Shown here: positions 24,041 through 36,690 of the stretch, piece after piece
How the letters are laid out: the number at the start of each line of letters is the position of its first letter
How positions within the stretch are numbered: the stretch's first letter is position 1
Assembly: GCA_964234715.1 (NCBI GenBank)
Contig: OZ174291.1
Origin: Podarcis melisellensis
Lineage: Eukaryota
Reading direction: 5' to 3' (one strand)
DNA: 64,000 nucleotides
Notes under the pieces: model-generated
Seen by the model: the letters and a program-made list of their open reading frames with translations, nothing else
What the model was told of the DNA's origin: nothing
Database searches by the model: none
Made by a program: the position numbers and the translations under genes

Positions 24041-24895
24041 CTGTAAAAAAGTGAGAGAAGCTCATATGAGTCCAAAGCTGCTTATTTAAAAAAGGAAGGA
24101 AAGAAAAATGTCGTTTTATGTAGAATGCAGAATATCTCTTACTGATCTGCAGCTGGAACATGATTTCAAATTACCAGACACTATTCAAGGAAAGCAGGAG
24201 GAACAGTGCTGAACCTGGTGGGCAGGTGGTCCTCCTTAGCACATTATGTTCACAGGATAAGGTTAGTACTGTATTAGGGGCAGTAGTTTGAATCCTTCAC
24301 CCATTCAACAGTCTTTCTGCTTCATACCCTATCCATGGACACCATTAACCTGCACGTTTATCATCATCATCATCTTTATATCCCGCCTTTCCCCCTAACC
24401 GGTAATCAAGGCAACTTAAAAGATAAAAGCGTGAAAAGATATTCATTAAAAAGCAATTAAACACTAATAGAATTAAAGCTATATATCTATTGTGTATATG
24501 TAAGCTGTATTTCACCAGGTCAGATTATGTGTCCATCTAGTTGAGCACTGTCTTTCCAGGGCCTCGGGCAGAGGAGAGCCTTTCTATTCTTCGCTGCGCG
24601 AATCCTTCCTAACTGGAGCTACCGTTCGAGGAGGACTTTGCACGTCTGTTCTGCCGCTGAACGACCCCCCCGCCCGTTTCTCCAACCATCCGATAAAAGG
24701 TAACAATTCCACCCACCCGCACGGAAGGCTTCTTGCATGTTTGCCATAGCAGGCAGAAACACAACAGGGGCAGACGCGGGGAGAAAAAAACTTCCCCTGT
24801 TGGGTTTCTGCATGTCATGCCTCTGCTTTTTAAGGCGAGATAACGGCTGGGCAAAGAAATTAGTGACCCACCCCCGGCGGGGGATTCTATCCCAC

Positions 24896-24940
24896 CTTGC
24901 AGCTGCTGCTGCCTCCACCGCCTCCTGGAGGTGCCTCCAT
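24896..24940 (-). CDS. CCS: CCS exon 1 (start)
   Basis: ATG at 24940 after a (GGC)n leader in strong Kozak context gcgATGG. Encodes MEAPPGGGGGSSSCK|gtggga. Phase 0 joins exon 2. Confidence 0.85.
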
Positions 24941-25316
24941 CGCCGCCGCCGCCGCCGCCGCCTCCTTCCTTTCCCTTCACGGGGAAATGTTGGCCGCCGG
25001 ACCCGCTTGTACAAACACAAAACAGGAACCCGGAAGACGCTGACCTGCCACTCTAGCTCATCTCTATGATCGGCGACCGACTCGTCCTGTAAAAAGATCC
25101 GTAAACGGAAGTGACAACGTCACTTCCTGTTCCCACCTCTTCCGAGTCCGCGCACCCTTTTACCAGGCCCGGAACCAAACTCTCGCGCTCAGCATCCCTC
25201 CGGGAAGCCGATTGGCGCCGAGTAGTCCGTTGTGGAGTAACCATGACGACCACTCCATAAGCCACCCTGGGGTTGCTGTCGCTGCTGCAGCTGCAGCTTC
25301 CGCCGAGCTCCCCGTC
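24941..25316. promoter_or_regulatory. bidirectional CpG-island promoter shared by CCS and CCDC87
   Basis: Only 376 bp separate the divergent ATGs. Several ETS/GABP cores (CCGGAAG ~25030, CGGAAGTG ~25106, CACTTCC ~25121, CCGGAA ~25169), reverse CCAAT ~25210, X-box-like GTAACCATGACGAC ~25237. Confidence 0.85.
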
Positions 25317-27914
25317 ATGAATTCGTTTGTCGCGCTTCCCCGGCGCGAGGTGTACGCCCTAGACAACACGGAAAAGGCCAACCAGCAGCTGCATGACCAC
25401 TACCAGCGGATCCTCGCCCCCCTGTCCCTCTTCCCGGCCACCGTCTCCAGGTTGAGGAGCTCGATCGACAAAGGGTCCTCTGCCATCTCGTCCCTGCAGA
25501 AGCCTGTGCCTGTGCCCATTTCCCTGGCCAACCTCATGCAGCTGCTAAAAGGCCGGATGGAGGTGGGGACTCAGTGGCAACAAATACCCAGCCCACACCA
25601 GCGGGCCTTCCAGCAGGTCATCCTAACTGAGGTCAAGCACATCTTTAAGGATGTACAACGTTCCCTGTATGACCCAGCCTTCAGTCCCCAGGAAAACAGG
25701 GAACTCTACCAGCACCTGGTGACTTACATTGGCTTGGTATGCCAGCACCTTTTCCGTCGCTACCTGTGTGTCATGGAGCGCCATCGTGCACTGTCTGTCT
25801 TTACGGACTGTGCTAACCTAACTCGCTTCTCTGCTCAACTCTCTTTGGACTGTTCCAGGCTCCTCAATGTAGCAGCTGTCCGCCACCGCCTAATAATGGA
25901 CACGAAGACCCTGCAACTCCGCCAGACCGAAACGTCCAGGAAACGGGTTAGTATGGCAGGTTGGAGGTCAACGCAGATGGACATGTGCAATCTGCATTTC
26001 AGCATTGACTACTTCATCAGGCTTATGAAACCTCACATACCAACGATGAGACAGAAGATAGCGAAGGATATCAAGGAATTGGAGGACTTACCTTTGTTAG
26101 ACATGAACAAAATAAAGCAGTTAAATCTACCAAGACCGAGCTCTAGTAGCCACTTCAGACAAATGCAGTCTGATGTAATGGCAATGCCATGTTCACGCAC
26201 CAGTACTTTAGGAGATCGGCCTAAACTCCAGCGGGTTAAGCATGCCATTTCCAGCAGTCTCAAGAGGAGCCAGTCATTGCCCAATATGAGAGTTGGACAG
26301 CTCCTAGCAGATGAACTTGGAATTCGTTTATCTGTGCGCCCTATCAGCCCTGATCTGCCTTGTCATTATGGTGAGACCACTGAAGATGATGGGCTCAAGG
26401 GAATGGCCGGGCTGGCTGAGGACCTCCGAAGACTAGCACAGAGAACAGTCCTGAAAAGCAGCCAACAGAAAGGAGAGCAGGATGAGGATTTAGAGCTCCC
26501 TCCCCTCATTAAAGCCTTGACACGGCGCAAGACTAATGAGGTTCGCCTTGAGCAGCTTCAGAGAATACTTTGCTCTCTGCAACGAGAGGAGTCCTTTGAG
26601 ATGTCACGGAAGAACACCATGATTGCTGCCCCAGCCACACATCCTCAGGCTGCAACGGTGAACTCTAAAGTCAACGAAAAGATGGTTGTGAAGGCAGCTG
26701 ATATGCAAGTGTCAGAAAGAACCTACGTAGAAGCTGTGTCTATGGAGATATGTCCAGTAATTTACAACCACCTCCTTGGAGAGATAGATAATGCTACAGT
26801 GAAGTCTCTAGATGCAAATCTTTCCACTGGTGAAGAGGTCAGGGAGATGTACAAGGAACTAATGAATACTATCCCAAAAGACCACCTGAAATTTGACCTA
26901 GGGCCCATGATAGAATCCCCTGCAACCAACATTGAACTGGCTGGGTGCTTTGCTTCCTCAACATTGACTAGGGGGAAAAGTGAACAGGTCATTAATAAAG
27001 AGCTGAGTAACATCCTGCCACCTGGACCATTTGTCCCTGAGGAAGTGTCAGAGAGCCCAAATGTACCCTTCAAAAAAAATACTGGTAAAAAAACCTCTTG
27101 GCTTAAATGGTGGAAAGCAACATTCAACACTGATGATTACTTGAAATACATTGGCACCAAGGAGTCTGACTATTTGCCAGTGATATTTCATTTATACAGC
27201 GTTAAGGAAGATGAGGAGCAACAGCCTGTATTAGATGAGGTGCAAGTAAAGAAACAAGTGAAAGTGAAGAGAGACGTGATAAAGAAAGCTGCTGAACTTC
27301 AAACCAAGAAGGAAGAGTTTGAACATGGGAAGTGGAATTCCAAATGCGCCATGCTGCGGGGGTTGGAAAATGTTTTTTGCTCTGACCACACATCTGAGGA
27401 TCTCAAGGTCTTTCAGAGAAGGCTGGAAAGACTGTGGACAGTTCTTCATTTCTCTGAACAGGAAAGGCTGGATATGGCAATTAAGTACAGCTCCAACCCA
27501 TATTACTGGCTGCTCCCAGACATGCTCCAAGCTTGGGAGACAGCAGCACGGTCTATCCAGGACCGAGAACTCCTGCTGGCTGATTTGGAACAGTTTGAAG
27601 AAACTGCTTCAAATCCAAACCGCTTGTTCGACCTGGCTCCCCGCTCCTTCATAGCACGAATGAAGGAATCCAGAACCAGGAACCGCTTGCGCTCTGAGTT
27701 GGCCCAGTATGACTCAGAGCTCTATATCATCCTGAACAACATCAAAGAGTCTTACAATGACACAGTGACCTACAAGGGACGCCCATACCTGCAGAAGATG
27801 GCATGGGATACAGTGGAGATGCTCTACTGGCTACAGCAGGAGCGACGTGCCAATACATTGAGGAGAGTCATCCAGAAAAGGGGCCTAATTAGAAGACTTC
27901 CTCCTATCCCTTAA
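25317..27914 (+). CDS. CCDC87: coiled-coil domain-containing protein 87 (single exon, ~865 aa)
   Basis: Long intronless ORF; first in-frame ATG at 25317 (MNSFVALPRR). Motifs KRSQSLPNM and LERLWTVLHF...RLDMAIKYSS, ending TYKGRPYLQKMAWDTVEMLYWLQQERR. Head-to-head with CCS, as in mammals. Confidence 0.92.
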   Translation: MNSFVALPRREVYALDNTEKANQQLHDHYQRILAPLSLFPATVSRLRSSIDKGSSAISSLQKPVPVPISLANLMQLLKGRMEVGTQWQQIPSPHQRAFQQVILTEVKHIFKDVQRSLYDPAFSPQENRELYQHLVTYIGLVCQHLFRRYLCVMERHRALSVFTDCANLTRFSAQLSLDCSRLLNVAAVRHRLIMDTKTLQLRQTETSRKRVSMAGWRSTQMDMCNLHFSIDYFIRLMKPHIPTMRQKIAKDIKELEDLPLLDMNKIKQLNLPRPSSSSHFRQMQSDVMAMPCSRTSTLGDRPKLQRVKHAISSSLKRSQSLPNMRVGQLLADELGIRLSVRPISPDLPCHYGETTEDDGLKGMAGLAEDLRRLAQRTVLKSSQQKGEQDEDLELPPLIKALTRRKTNEVRLEQLQRILCSLQREESFEMSRKNTMIAAPATHPQAATVNSKVNEKMVVKAADMQVSERTYVEAVSMEICPVIYNHLLGEIDNATVKSLDANLSTGEEVREMYKELMNTIPKDHLKFDLGPMIESPATNIELAGCFASSTLTRGKSEQVINKELSNILPPGPFVPEEVSESPNVPFKKNTGKKTSWLKWWKATFNTDDYLKYIGTKESDYLPVIFHLYSVKEDEEQQPVLDEVQVKKQVKVKRDVIKKAAELQTKKEEFEHGKWNSKCAMLRGLENVFCSDHTSEDLKVFQRRLERLWTVLHFSEQERLDMAIKYSSNPYYWLLPDMLQAWETAARSIQDRELLLADLEQFEETASNPNRLFDLAPRSFIARMKESRTRNRLRSELAQYDSELYIILNNIKESYNDTVTYKGRPYLQKMAWDTVEMLYWLQQERRANTLRRVIQKRGLIRRLPPIP

Positions 27915-28280
27915 AGACTGGTACCACTGTTTAGCTCACTGGCGAACACACCAAGATGGCAGTGGAGAAGACATTTTTTCTGCACATGCACCAAATTCAT
28001 CCACATACTTTTCCAGCAGACCTCTCCTTCAGCCAAGCCAAAGGTTGAGAAACATGGAGGCAGACCGCAACAACCTATATTCAGCTTGTAGTGCCATGGT
28101 CTATTGGTGGAATAAGGGAAAGAGCAAAGAGTGGTAGTGGGGAAAATGTGGGCATGCACCAAATGTCCAGAATACGTTTAGCTCATTCCAGATTTCAGAA
28201 GGGTTGACAGTTTGTGAGATGTACCTTATCCACAAATGAATTGGATCCTATGAAGAATTTAAGGTTTCTGATATCCTCAA

Positions 28281-28286
28281 ATTAAA
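28281..28286 (+). terminator. CCDC87: candidate CCDC87 polyA signal (ATTAAA)
   Basis: ATTAAA ~370 nt after the stop, followed by a TG/T-rich tract. Confidence 0.4.
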
Positions 28287-29019
28287 AATGTTTCTTGTCC
28301 TCATGATTTGAAGTGCTGCCATGATCTTTGAAGTAATTGCTTACAGACCACATTAGGCCTGCTATGAATTTCTTCCCTATGGCTTACCTTGCCATCTTAT
28401 TCGGAATTTTATTAGACCATGATTTTGCAAAGAATCATGATGTGCCTGCCATGCACATTCTCTTCAATCCCCCAGGGCCTCTGGCACAGGTTGTGTCCAG
28501 CCTGTGTCAGTGCCCCTGGAGGAAGCGGGATGTGGCAATTTAGTGTGTCTTCAGAGTTTTGGCTACTGTACTAAAGGTTCTACTAAACTGCAAGCATACA
28601 GTACGGGTTGCCCTTGATGGAGCTGGGGTGGTGGGGTTCTGTTCTGTCCCATAGTTGAGTAATGGGGGACCTGACTTACCCATCAATCTCACATGGCAAC
28701 TGGAGGGTAGATGTAGAGCAATGATTGTTGTTGTTGAGGGTAGATGTAGAGCAACGGTGGTGGTGGTGGTCAGCAACTAGTTTTCCTACAGTAAAAACCA
28801 AGACCACAATCCTCATTCCAGAGTGGTTTTCAAGTCGTTATGTTATCATATGAAACTATTCATACCTGTTAGTAACAAAGAGGCAGCTAAAATCCTTTGG
28901 GGGGCTGGATTTGGCAGAGCTGCCAGTTGCTTATCTCTATAGTAGTCACCCAACTTTCTCCCCTCAGTCCTCTTCAGTCTTCTCTGGTTATTGCAAATGG
29001 ATTCCAGGAGAGGTCTGCA

Positions 29020-29290
29020 GGTTGGTAACATGAGTGGACCTTTTCTGCAGTGGCTCCCCATTTGTGGCATGCTCTCCCCAGGGAGGCTTGCCTGGCACCT
29101 TCATTATACACCTTTAGGCACCAGGCAAAAACATCTCTTCAACCAAGCCTTTGGCCAATTAACATTCCATGTACTTTTAGATGTGTATGGGGGGGTTGTT
29201 TTGCTTTGCTTTCGTTCTTGTTTGTGTCATTTTATGCTGTGAACTGCCCTGAGATCTTTGGATGAAGGGTGGTATACTGATTTAATAACA
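29020..29290 (+). mobile_element. L2-type LINE 3' tail
   Basis: GCAGTGGCTCCCCATTTGTGGCATGCTCTCCCCAGGGAGG...CAGGCAAAAACATCTCTTC...GTGAACTGCCCTGAG. Similar pieces near 41190-41570 and 44260-44560. Confidence 0.55.
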
Positions 29291-29649
29291 GATAAATAGT
29301 TTTGTGAGGTCTGCCTGAAAAGCAGTACAACAACTTACTGCACCCTACTGCCCTGTAGAAATTTTGGATTACAACTTCCATCAGCCTCAGCCCCCACCAG
29401 GTGATGATGGGTGTGGTGTATACATGCCTTAAGGCTTAAATATTCAGTATTGGTGGCCAGTTTGGTGGTTGAATAAATGCCTGCTGATCCTTCTATCAAC
29501 TACTGTTTCAATTGTTGCAAATGAAGGATGACAAAATCACAGGCCAAAGTTGCTGGTTAGAAGAGGAGGAAAGGGTATGTCATGAGCACTTTGCACTACT
29601 GCACAGATCAATCTGTGTACCAGATAGAAGTTTATCATTGACACCCAAA

Positions 29650-29770
29650 AGATAGCTCCGTTGGTTAGGTTTGATCCCCATAAGGGGCAGCTGCATTTTC
29701 CTGCATTGCAGGAGGTTAGACTAGATTATCCTTAGGGTCCCTTCCAACTCTACAGTTCTATGATTCTATG
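29650..29770 (+). mobile_element. SINE with tRNA-like head and CR1-type tail
   Basis: GATAGCTCCGTTGGTTAG...GGTTTGATCCCC head. GGGTCCCTTCCAACTCTACAGTTCTATGATTCTATG tail. Confidence 0.6.
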
Positions 29771-30909
29771 AGAAAACAGTTGAGATGCCAGCAGAATAAA
29801 ACCTCTGGTAGGTGACTCAGAACAAGCAGCTGGGGAAGCACAATAGGAAAATATCCAGTTTGACTTCAAGGAAAGTTGCTTTCTGGGTCCAAATGTGGCT
29901 TGTAGTATAAGCAAGACCAGCACTCCACCCTTTCTGTTCTGCTGTCCCTTGTTGCTTGGAGGTGCCTCTCAGAACACCTACATGATGTAAGCTCTCTTCT
30001 AATCCATCATCAAAAGCAAGCTACATAAAGCCTTTGGCCCCCAACTTGTGCTGTATCTCAGCAAAGACTACAAACCTAGTCCTGCTTACCCGGGGGTGAG
30101 CCCCACTGCGTTTTGAGTAGACGTGGTTAGGATTGCACTGTAACCAACCCTTAGCATGAGGCAACTGGAAAATGGGATAGTGGTGGAACATGCATGTAGA
30201 GATCACTAAATCTCACACCTTGCAGCACCTTGCGGTTGCTATTTGACATCACAGCAGGGTTTCTCTCAAGTGAACAAGTGGCAGCTAGAATGTGAGAGGG
30301 GTGGTCCCCACGGGGGATAGGCATATCCTCCCACACACATTTGCAATTTTAGGCTAAAACAGGGGTAAGCAACTCAACACTAAGGACTGCTCTGTATTAA
30401 CTCAAGAGGCTGTACCTCTATGTTAACCATCACAAAGCAACTTTTTGGCCATATGGTTAACTCAGCCTTTGTTTTATGGGCTGTAGTAATATGCACATAT
30501 GGGCTTGTGGGTGCGGGGGAGAGGGAGATGTATGGAATTACGAAATGATGCTCACTTCAGACCAACCAATTCCTGCCAGGAAGAAACAGCAGATGAGATT
30601 GATCTTCCTAGGCCTCAGATGATAGTTCTTGTGCAACTGACAAATGAAGCAATAAATAAGACATTTAGACATCCCGCTGTACAATGAAGTGAAATAGCCT
30701 AACTCAGGAGAGCAAAAAGAAATCAACCTTCAGTTTTGCAGGGGGCTGAACTTTGCAGCTGGCCTGTAGCAGAGGGAATGTGCGCTCATCAGGTGCCTAA
30801 ATAGCTACACTGTCCCATTTCACTTTTACACATATCATAGGGGCTTCACAACTGCTTTACGTTATCGTTTTGTCTTTTAGTCTCTAGTACAGCAGACAAA
30901 AACTCTCAG

Positions 30910-31483
30910 GCATCTGTTACAAATGTTTTATTTTACTGGAGAAAAAGTTTTGTCAAACTTCAGAGAACAAAAGTCACAGGTTAATTATCAGTATAAGAAG
31001 GACTCCACAGGAGGGAATAAACTCAGGAAAATACCAAATATGACAAAACAAACAAGGGGAAAAAAAGGGGGGAGTACTGATTATTCACTTCCAAAATTAA
31101 GCCACAAATAGGGAGACAGAAACTGAGCTGGGAGGGAAGGCTGTGGCTTAAAGTAGGCTCCAGAAGGAGAAGAGCTTGCCTCCTGTTCCACCCAGGACCA
31201 CCCTAAACTTAAAATCCAGGTCTAGGCAGGGGGGTGCAATGTCAGTTATTGCTGAACTCCCCACAACACCTCCCTCCCCCATCCCCGCAAAAAACCTTGG
31301 GAAATGTGTTCTATTTTTGTTTTTGTTTTTTTAAGGGAAGTTAGTTGTCACTAAACTTTGAAGAGACACAAGATGTCCATTAGTGAGACCATGCTAAACA
31401 CAAATTGACACATCGTGAAGCCTGGCACAGTTTTGTCGCAGATGTACCACAGGAACCCGACGTCCAGCCCTCAAATAGCCTAC
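30910..31483 (-). other. RBM4B: RBM4 terminal non-coding (3' UTR) exon with AATAAA at 30927-30932
   Basis: Strong acceptor tgtcttttatttttcag|GTAGG at 31483 and an AATAAA ~550 nt downstream. An upstream donor lies 8 nt after the stop codon. Confidence 0.65.
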
Positions 31484-32799
31484 CTGAAAAATAAAAGACA
31501 CAATTCATTTGAAGGCTCAAAGGTGGATCTCTGCCTAGAGTGCCTAGAGGGAACCCAGGACCACGTCGCACAGGATTCCAACACAAAGATCTTCACTCCT
31601 AAGGATGGTGCGTGAGTACCTACCCAAACTTCTGAATGTCAAGAAAGCTGTATGTGAGGCTGGTGGAAGGAACAGGCATCAGGGATAGAAAGAGAAAGAG
31701 AACTCAGAATTGTAACTATTTCACAAATAGCTCTGGAAAGATAATTATCAGCATATTCCTCAGCGGTTGACAAAGCATCCCACTTTGGCTGGGAGCAGTA
31801 ATACAGGATGAGCAGTTTAAGGGAACATTGGTCCCTGCAACCCCAATTAATGTGAAATATTTATTTTGAAAAGCAAAAGAACCTCCCTATTTATAAGAAA
31901 TTCTCAGTGTGCTCATTTTAGTTACAGATTTCCTGAAATGTAAGCAACTAGTTAAAATGCACATTGGGGCAACCACTTTTGGGGCAATGCTTCATTTGTT
32001 GGCATTTGCAATCCACCCTGAAGCAGGACTAAGACTGCCTTCTCTCAGCTCAGACCAGTGACTGACACTGCCTCCCAAGCAGAGGTCCTTTTTTTTACAA
32101 CCAGGGATCCTTTTAACACGAGATGAAAGGTACTGAACATGAGACCTTCTGTATGCAGAGCTCTACCAGTGAGCTGTGGTCTCTTCACTGAGCAAGCTGC
32201 CTTATTCCAATTCAGATTACTTCTCCATCTAGTCTTATGTTGTCTACTCCGACTGGCAGCAGCTTTCCAGAGTTTCACTGAGAAAATAGGTTTCTCCAAC
32301 ACCTGTTACTTAATCCTTTGGGGGGAGACTGCGCCTGGGACCTTCTGCATTTTAAGCACAAGTTCTACCAGTGATCTACAGCCTATGTCAACTGTAGTTA
32401 AACCCTGGCTTGCATGTGAATTGCCCATCTAGTCTGACAGACTGCCGAGGAGCCTCAGGCTATCCTACTGTGCACTGGGGTCATAGATACCCTACAAACA
32501 GCAAATGGTGGCATTTGCTATTATTGCAGTTGGTTGCAAGTAAAACACACCTATGGGACTCCTCATTCCCGTCAACTGCACACAATTCAACCTAACTTCC
32601 AGATGAATGCATGCTGACTACCTGAATAGGGAGCTGCTGTGTATTTTTGTGTGAGCTCAATAAAAATGTAGCAGGTAGAAAAAGGGGAGGAAGAAAAATC
32701 CCTCAATATGGGGAATTATTAGGGTGAGATTGCCAACAGAATTACAAGTGTAATAAGATGTATCTGTGGTATGGTAACATTTTATAATGCTGCATAGTG

Positions 32800-33340
32800 T
32801 CCTATCCCAGCTGGAAGAAATACAGAAAGGAAGCAATTAAGATATCAAGGGGGTGGAGAGCTTTCATTATAATAAGACTTTTAGTTTTTGTTTTAGAAAG
32901 AAGACAAATGGGATGGATGGAGGTTTATAAAGTAATGAACCACATGGGGAAAATGTGGAAAGAAAATTATTCACCCTCTCTCATACTACAAGGACTCAGT
33001 GTTACCTGCCAAAAATAATTTGCAATGGGTTTAGGATAGAGAAAATCAGAGTATTCCCTCATATAATGCATGATTAACTAAAGAAATTTACTATCAGAAG
33101 ATGGGGTGATGGCTACTGAATTATGTGGCTTTTAAAAAGAATCAGACAAATTCATAAAGGAGATCTTCTCAATGGCCACCTCCATGAATTGAGCAGGACA
33201 ACTCTGAATGAATGCTGGAGTAGACAAGGGAAGCTAAACTTTATGCCCCGCTTGGGATGTACCTAATTAGCCACTGCTGTAAGGAGAAGGCTGGTCTAGG
33301 CAGATCTTGGTCTGAATCAGCATGGCTATTCTTGTGTAAG
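32800..33340 (+). mobile_element. degenerate CR1 ORF2 C-terminus / 3' fragment
   Basis: CAGCTGGAAGAAATACAGAAAGG...GAGGTTTATAAAGT...GATGGCTACT...GCTTTTAAAAAGAATCAGACAAATTCAT, typical of CR1 ends. Confidence 0.6.
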
Positions 33341-34041
33341 GAGATGTTGAAACTGCACCTTTGACAAACTGTCATCTTTGAAAATTCACAGGCCCTCTGC
33401 AAATGACCCTCCCAGCACACAGCTCAGAGATGAAGCTGGGGAATTTTCTGGATGCTTAAAGACTTGCTGCTTATTTCAGAGCAGCGTTGTCCAAAGGCCA
33501 CTGCATCTCCTGCAAGCCAGAGCCTCTACACCTCAGCCCCAGCCTTTATAGTGCATACCAAGCTACATATGCAAGGGGGATGCTGCCAGCCTTGTAAGCA
33601 GATGGCAAAGGTGCAAGGTCAATGGCAACAGCGGGGAAAACAACCGAAGCACTTGGGCTGGAGAGCAAGAAATTGACAGACTGGGCCAGATTTTAAGAAC
33701 AGGAGAGTGGAGCCTATTCTTCCCACGGGAAAATACTCAGTCCAGCTATGCAGCAAAACCCTCAAGGACAGCTCGCTTCTCCTCCCTCTATTGCTGGGCT
33801 GGTGACTGTGGTCCAAACTACACCTCCCACACCCTGCTGCATCACTTGCTCCAGGTTGCCTCAGATATCCTAAGTGCTAGTCCTATGTTGCTGCCAGCAG
33901 CTTTGTAATCCAGAGCACAGCAGATACCAGAAGGTATCCCTCAAGACACAGCAGACCATTTCCCCAAGTCTCACCAGCCACGCTAATGTGCCATCCCCCT
34001 CCTCCAAGCGACTCAGGAAAAAAACGCTCTCACCTCCAGAC

Positions 34042-34691
34042 TCAATACGCGGAGTATCGCAACCTGTCCGCGCCTGCATCCCGCCCGAACCGCTGGACAT
34101 CGTAGAGGGATGATCGCGGAACGGGAGAAAGCTGAACACGCTCGTATCCGTACACGTCTCCGACGGTGGAAGCCGCAGCTGCCGAGCGACGCAGGGGGCT
34201 TCTATCCCGGGTGTAAAATGAGGAAGTCGCGGCCGCCGCCGCAGCAGCTACTGCTGCTGCAGTTCCCGAGGCAGGCAGCAAGGCCCTCTCGTAGGGCTCT
34301 AAGGCAGTGGAGAGGCGATTGGCCATGGCCGTGGCTTGTGAGTACTGGGCGTACTGGGAATACTGGGCCATGGTCTGCTCCGCATAAGCGTCGTATGCAG
34401 AAGCCCCATACGCCGCGGCGGACCTCGCGCGATACCGTTTATAGTAGTCCACCATTCCGTAAGGGTCATCATAATACACGGGGTCCCCATAGCCCGTAGG
34501 GTAGGGGGTGCGCACCATTCCGTATTGCTCGCTATAAGTTTCGGTCAGCTCGGGCACTTGCCCCGTGCGATCTACCGGGCACTCTTTAGACCAGTGACCC
34601 TCCTTCCCACACCGGTAGCAGCCACTCTTGTCTCCCATCCCGGGTGCGGTCCTGAGACGGCTGGTGGACAACTGCACGCGCATTCGTTTGC
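34042..34691 (-). CDS. RBM4B: RBM4-family coding exon 2 (CCHC zinc knuckle, Ala-rich C-terminus, stop)
   Basis: cttcaag|GC. Encodes [39 protein letters not shown]...RDRSPLRR...RYSAY*. The exon continues to donor GAG|gtgag at 34034. RBM4B rather than RBM4 is inferred from its position next to SPTBN2. Confidence 0.93.
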
Positions 34692-36504
34692 CTTGAAGAA
34701 ACAGACGCAAGAAGGGCAGCTATAAAGATTTGTTAAAAACAGTTCAAAGCAAAAGCACAGCAGGTCAGGTTTGTTTGCTTGTTTATGTCACGACAACCAG
34801 CTGGCCCAGCCTGTACAGCTAACAGTACAAGAGGCAAAATAAAATGTGTTTCTGGGACCAGTTGTCCCTGGCGGCAGGGAAAGTGGAATCCTGCACCTTC
34901 TGACTTGGAATAGCCCACCATTTTACCTGAGGAGCAGAGCATACAGCAGCACAAGAGTTGTTCCAGCCTGCTTAGGAATGTGAACTATTTCATTCAATCC
35001 CCAAATATGGTTTTGGCTGCAGTAACACAAAAATATTTTGGTAGGCCTGCAGAATGTTATGGTAAAGCCCGAATGAGCCAGCAGACCCAGAAGGCTTGGG
35101 TTCAAAAACTTTGCTAGCTTACTTAGCTAGCTTACTGTATGGCTGCATCGGGAAACATACAATATCCCAGTATGTGGTCCTGAACACACCAGAAAAACTG
35201 TTGCTGTTATTTTGTTTTAAAATAACATTTGTGACCCTTATGAGGGGATGAAATGCTTATAGGGGCATAGCAGTGTATGCTAAAGGTTCTAAAAGGATAT
35301 TAAGAAAGTTCCAACTCTGGTTTCACACTGAATTAATCCTTACATTCTTGATCCACTCTTCCTTGTCTCTCCATTTTCCAAAGGCAACTCACTTCCCTGA
35401 CCCTGACGCCAATAAAGCTTGCATATAATGAATCAAATGTAATCCATTCATTCTGCTCAGAGCAGGATAAGGCTTCCTGAGCTTTCAAGACATGCAGTTA
35501 ATTGAGATTCCTGACTATGGCCCTGTCTCTATTCGTGGCCTATCACAGACAGACCAACCTTTTCATGCCCAGAGAAACCACTAGCACAGCAACTAAATGG
35601 AAGCCAGAGAGGTTGCAGGGCATCAGGGAGGAGGACAGTGACCCTTTACCGAAGTCATAAACAAAGACCACCCATTTCCTCAAGTCAGACCAGAACCAGA
35701 CATGCACCACAAATGAAATATTTACGCTTGGCACACAGCCAAACATAGCACGGCTTAGTTCTTACAAGGCCAGCCAAGTCTTTTTCTTTCTGCTGCCACC
35801 TGCCTTAGAATCATAGAACTGGAAGGGGCCACAAGGGCGACCTAGTCGAATCCCCCGCAATAAAGGAATCCTTCAGTCTTGTGGTCTTACCATGCACAGT
35901 GGCTGATAGCATCCACCCAGCAATGCAGGGCAGGTGTTGCTCACCAAACTGGCCTAGTCTACCTTTTAACTGAGGACAACTGTTTACAGTCCGTGCCCTC
36001 ATATTTCAGCAGTGAAAAGGTTTAATGCTCAACCCAGCTGATTTCTGCCCCATGCATCCAAAAGGCTACTAACAATGGCTATCTGATACCTGTAGTGGCA
36101 GTCTGAATACCAGTCACGAGGAAGCATGAATGGAAAAGGGCTCAGGTTCTACCTGAGTGCTTCTGAGAGGCATCTGGATGGTCACTACAGGAAACAGGGT
36201 GTTGGTCTGACACAGCAGGGCAATTCTTACGTATGAAGCCCCCTACAAACTTGCCCCAAGACCACTGCTCCTTTTCAGCTCTCCTTTATTCCAACACCGC
36301 CCCCTGGGAACAGAGGAATCTACCTCCTGATGGAAAGAGGCCAGGTCATCCTGAGAGTAGTGTTTGAAATTTCCCAGGTGCCTTTTGCAACTGCAGTGGG
36401 TCCAACTGTGCCCACGTGGAGGTTTCTGGATGCCAGGTTGGCAACTGACCTCTCCATCTGGCTGGCCCCTCCAGCTATCTTAAGCAGGTAAGCAGAAGAG
36501 CTTA

Positions 36505-36690
36505 TTTATTGCACTTGTATCCCACCTTTTTCTCCAAGGTGCACATGGTTCACCCCCATCCTCAGTTAATCCCTACAACAACCCTGTGAGGTAGGCTAAG
36601 AGGCTGTGACAGGCCCAAGGTTACCCAGTGAGCTTCACAACTAAGTGGGGGTTTGAACCCTGATCTCCCAGGTCCTAGTACACCACATTG
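36505..36690 (-). mobile_element. MIR-like SINE
   Basis: ACAACAACCCTGTGAGGTAGG and GGCCCAAGGTTACCCAGTGAG core motifs. Confidence 0.6.

Noticed and set aside
28702-28755. Direct repeat GAGGGTAGATGTAGAGCAA twice with a short spacer
   Set aside because: A simple local duplication of two copies in a vertebrate genome; not a CRISPR-like array.
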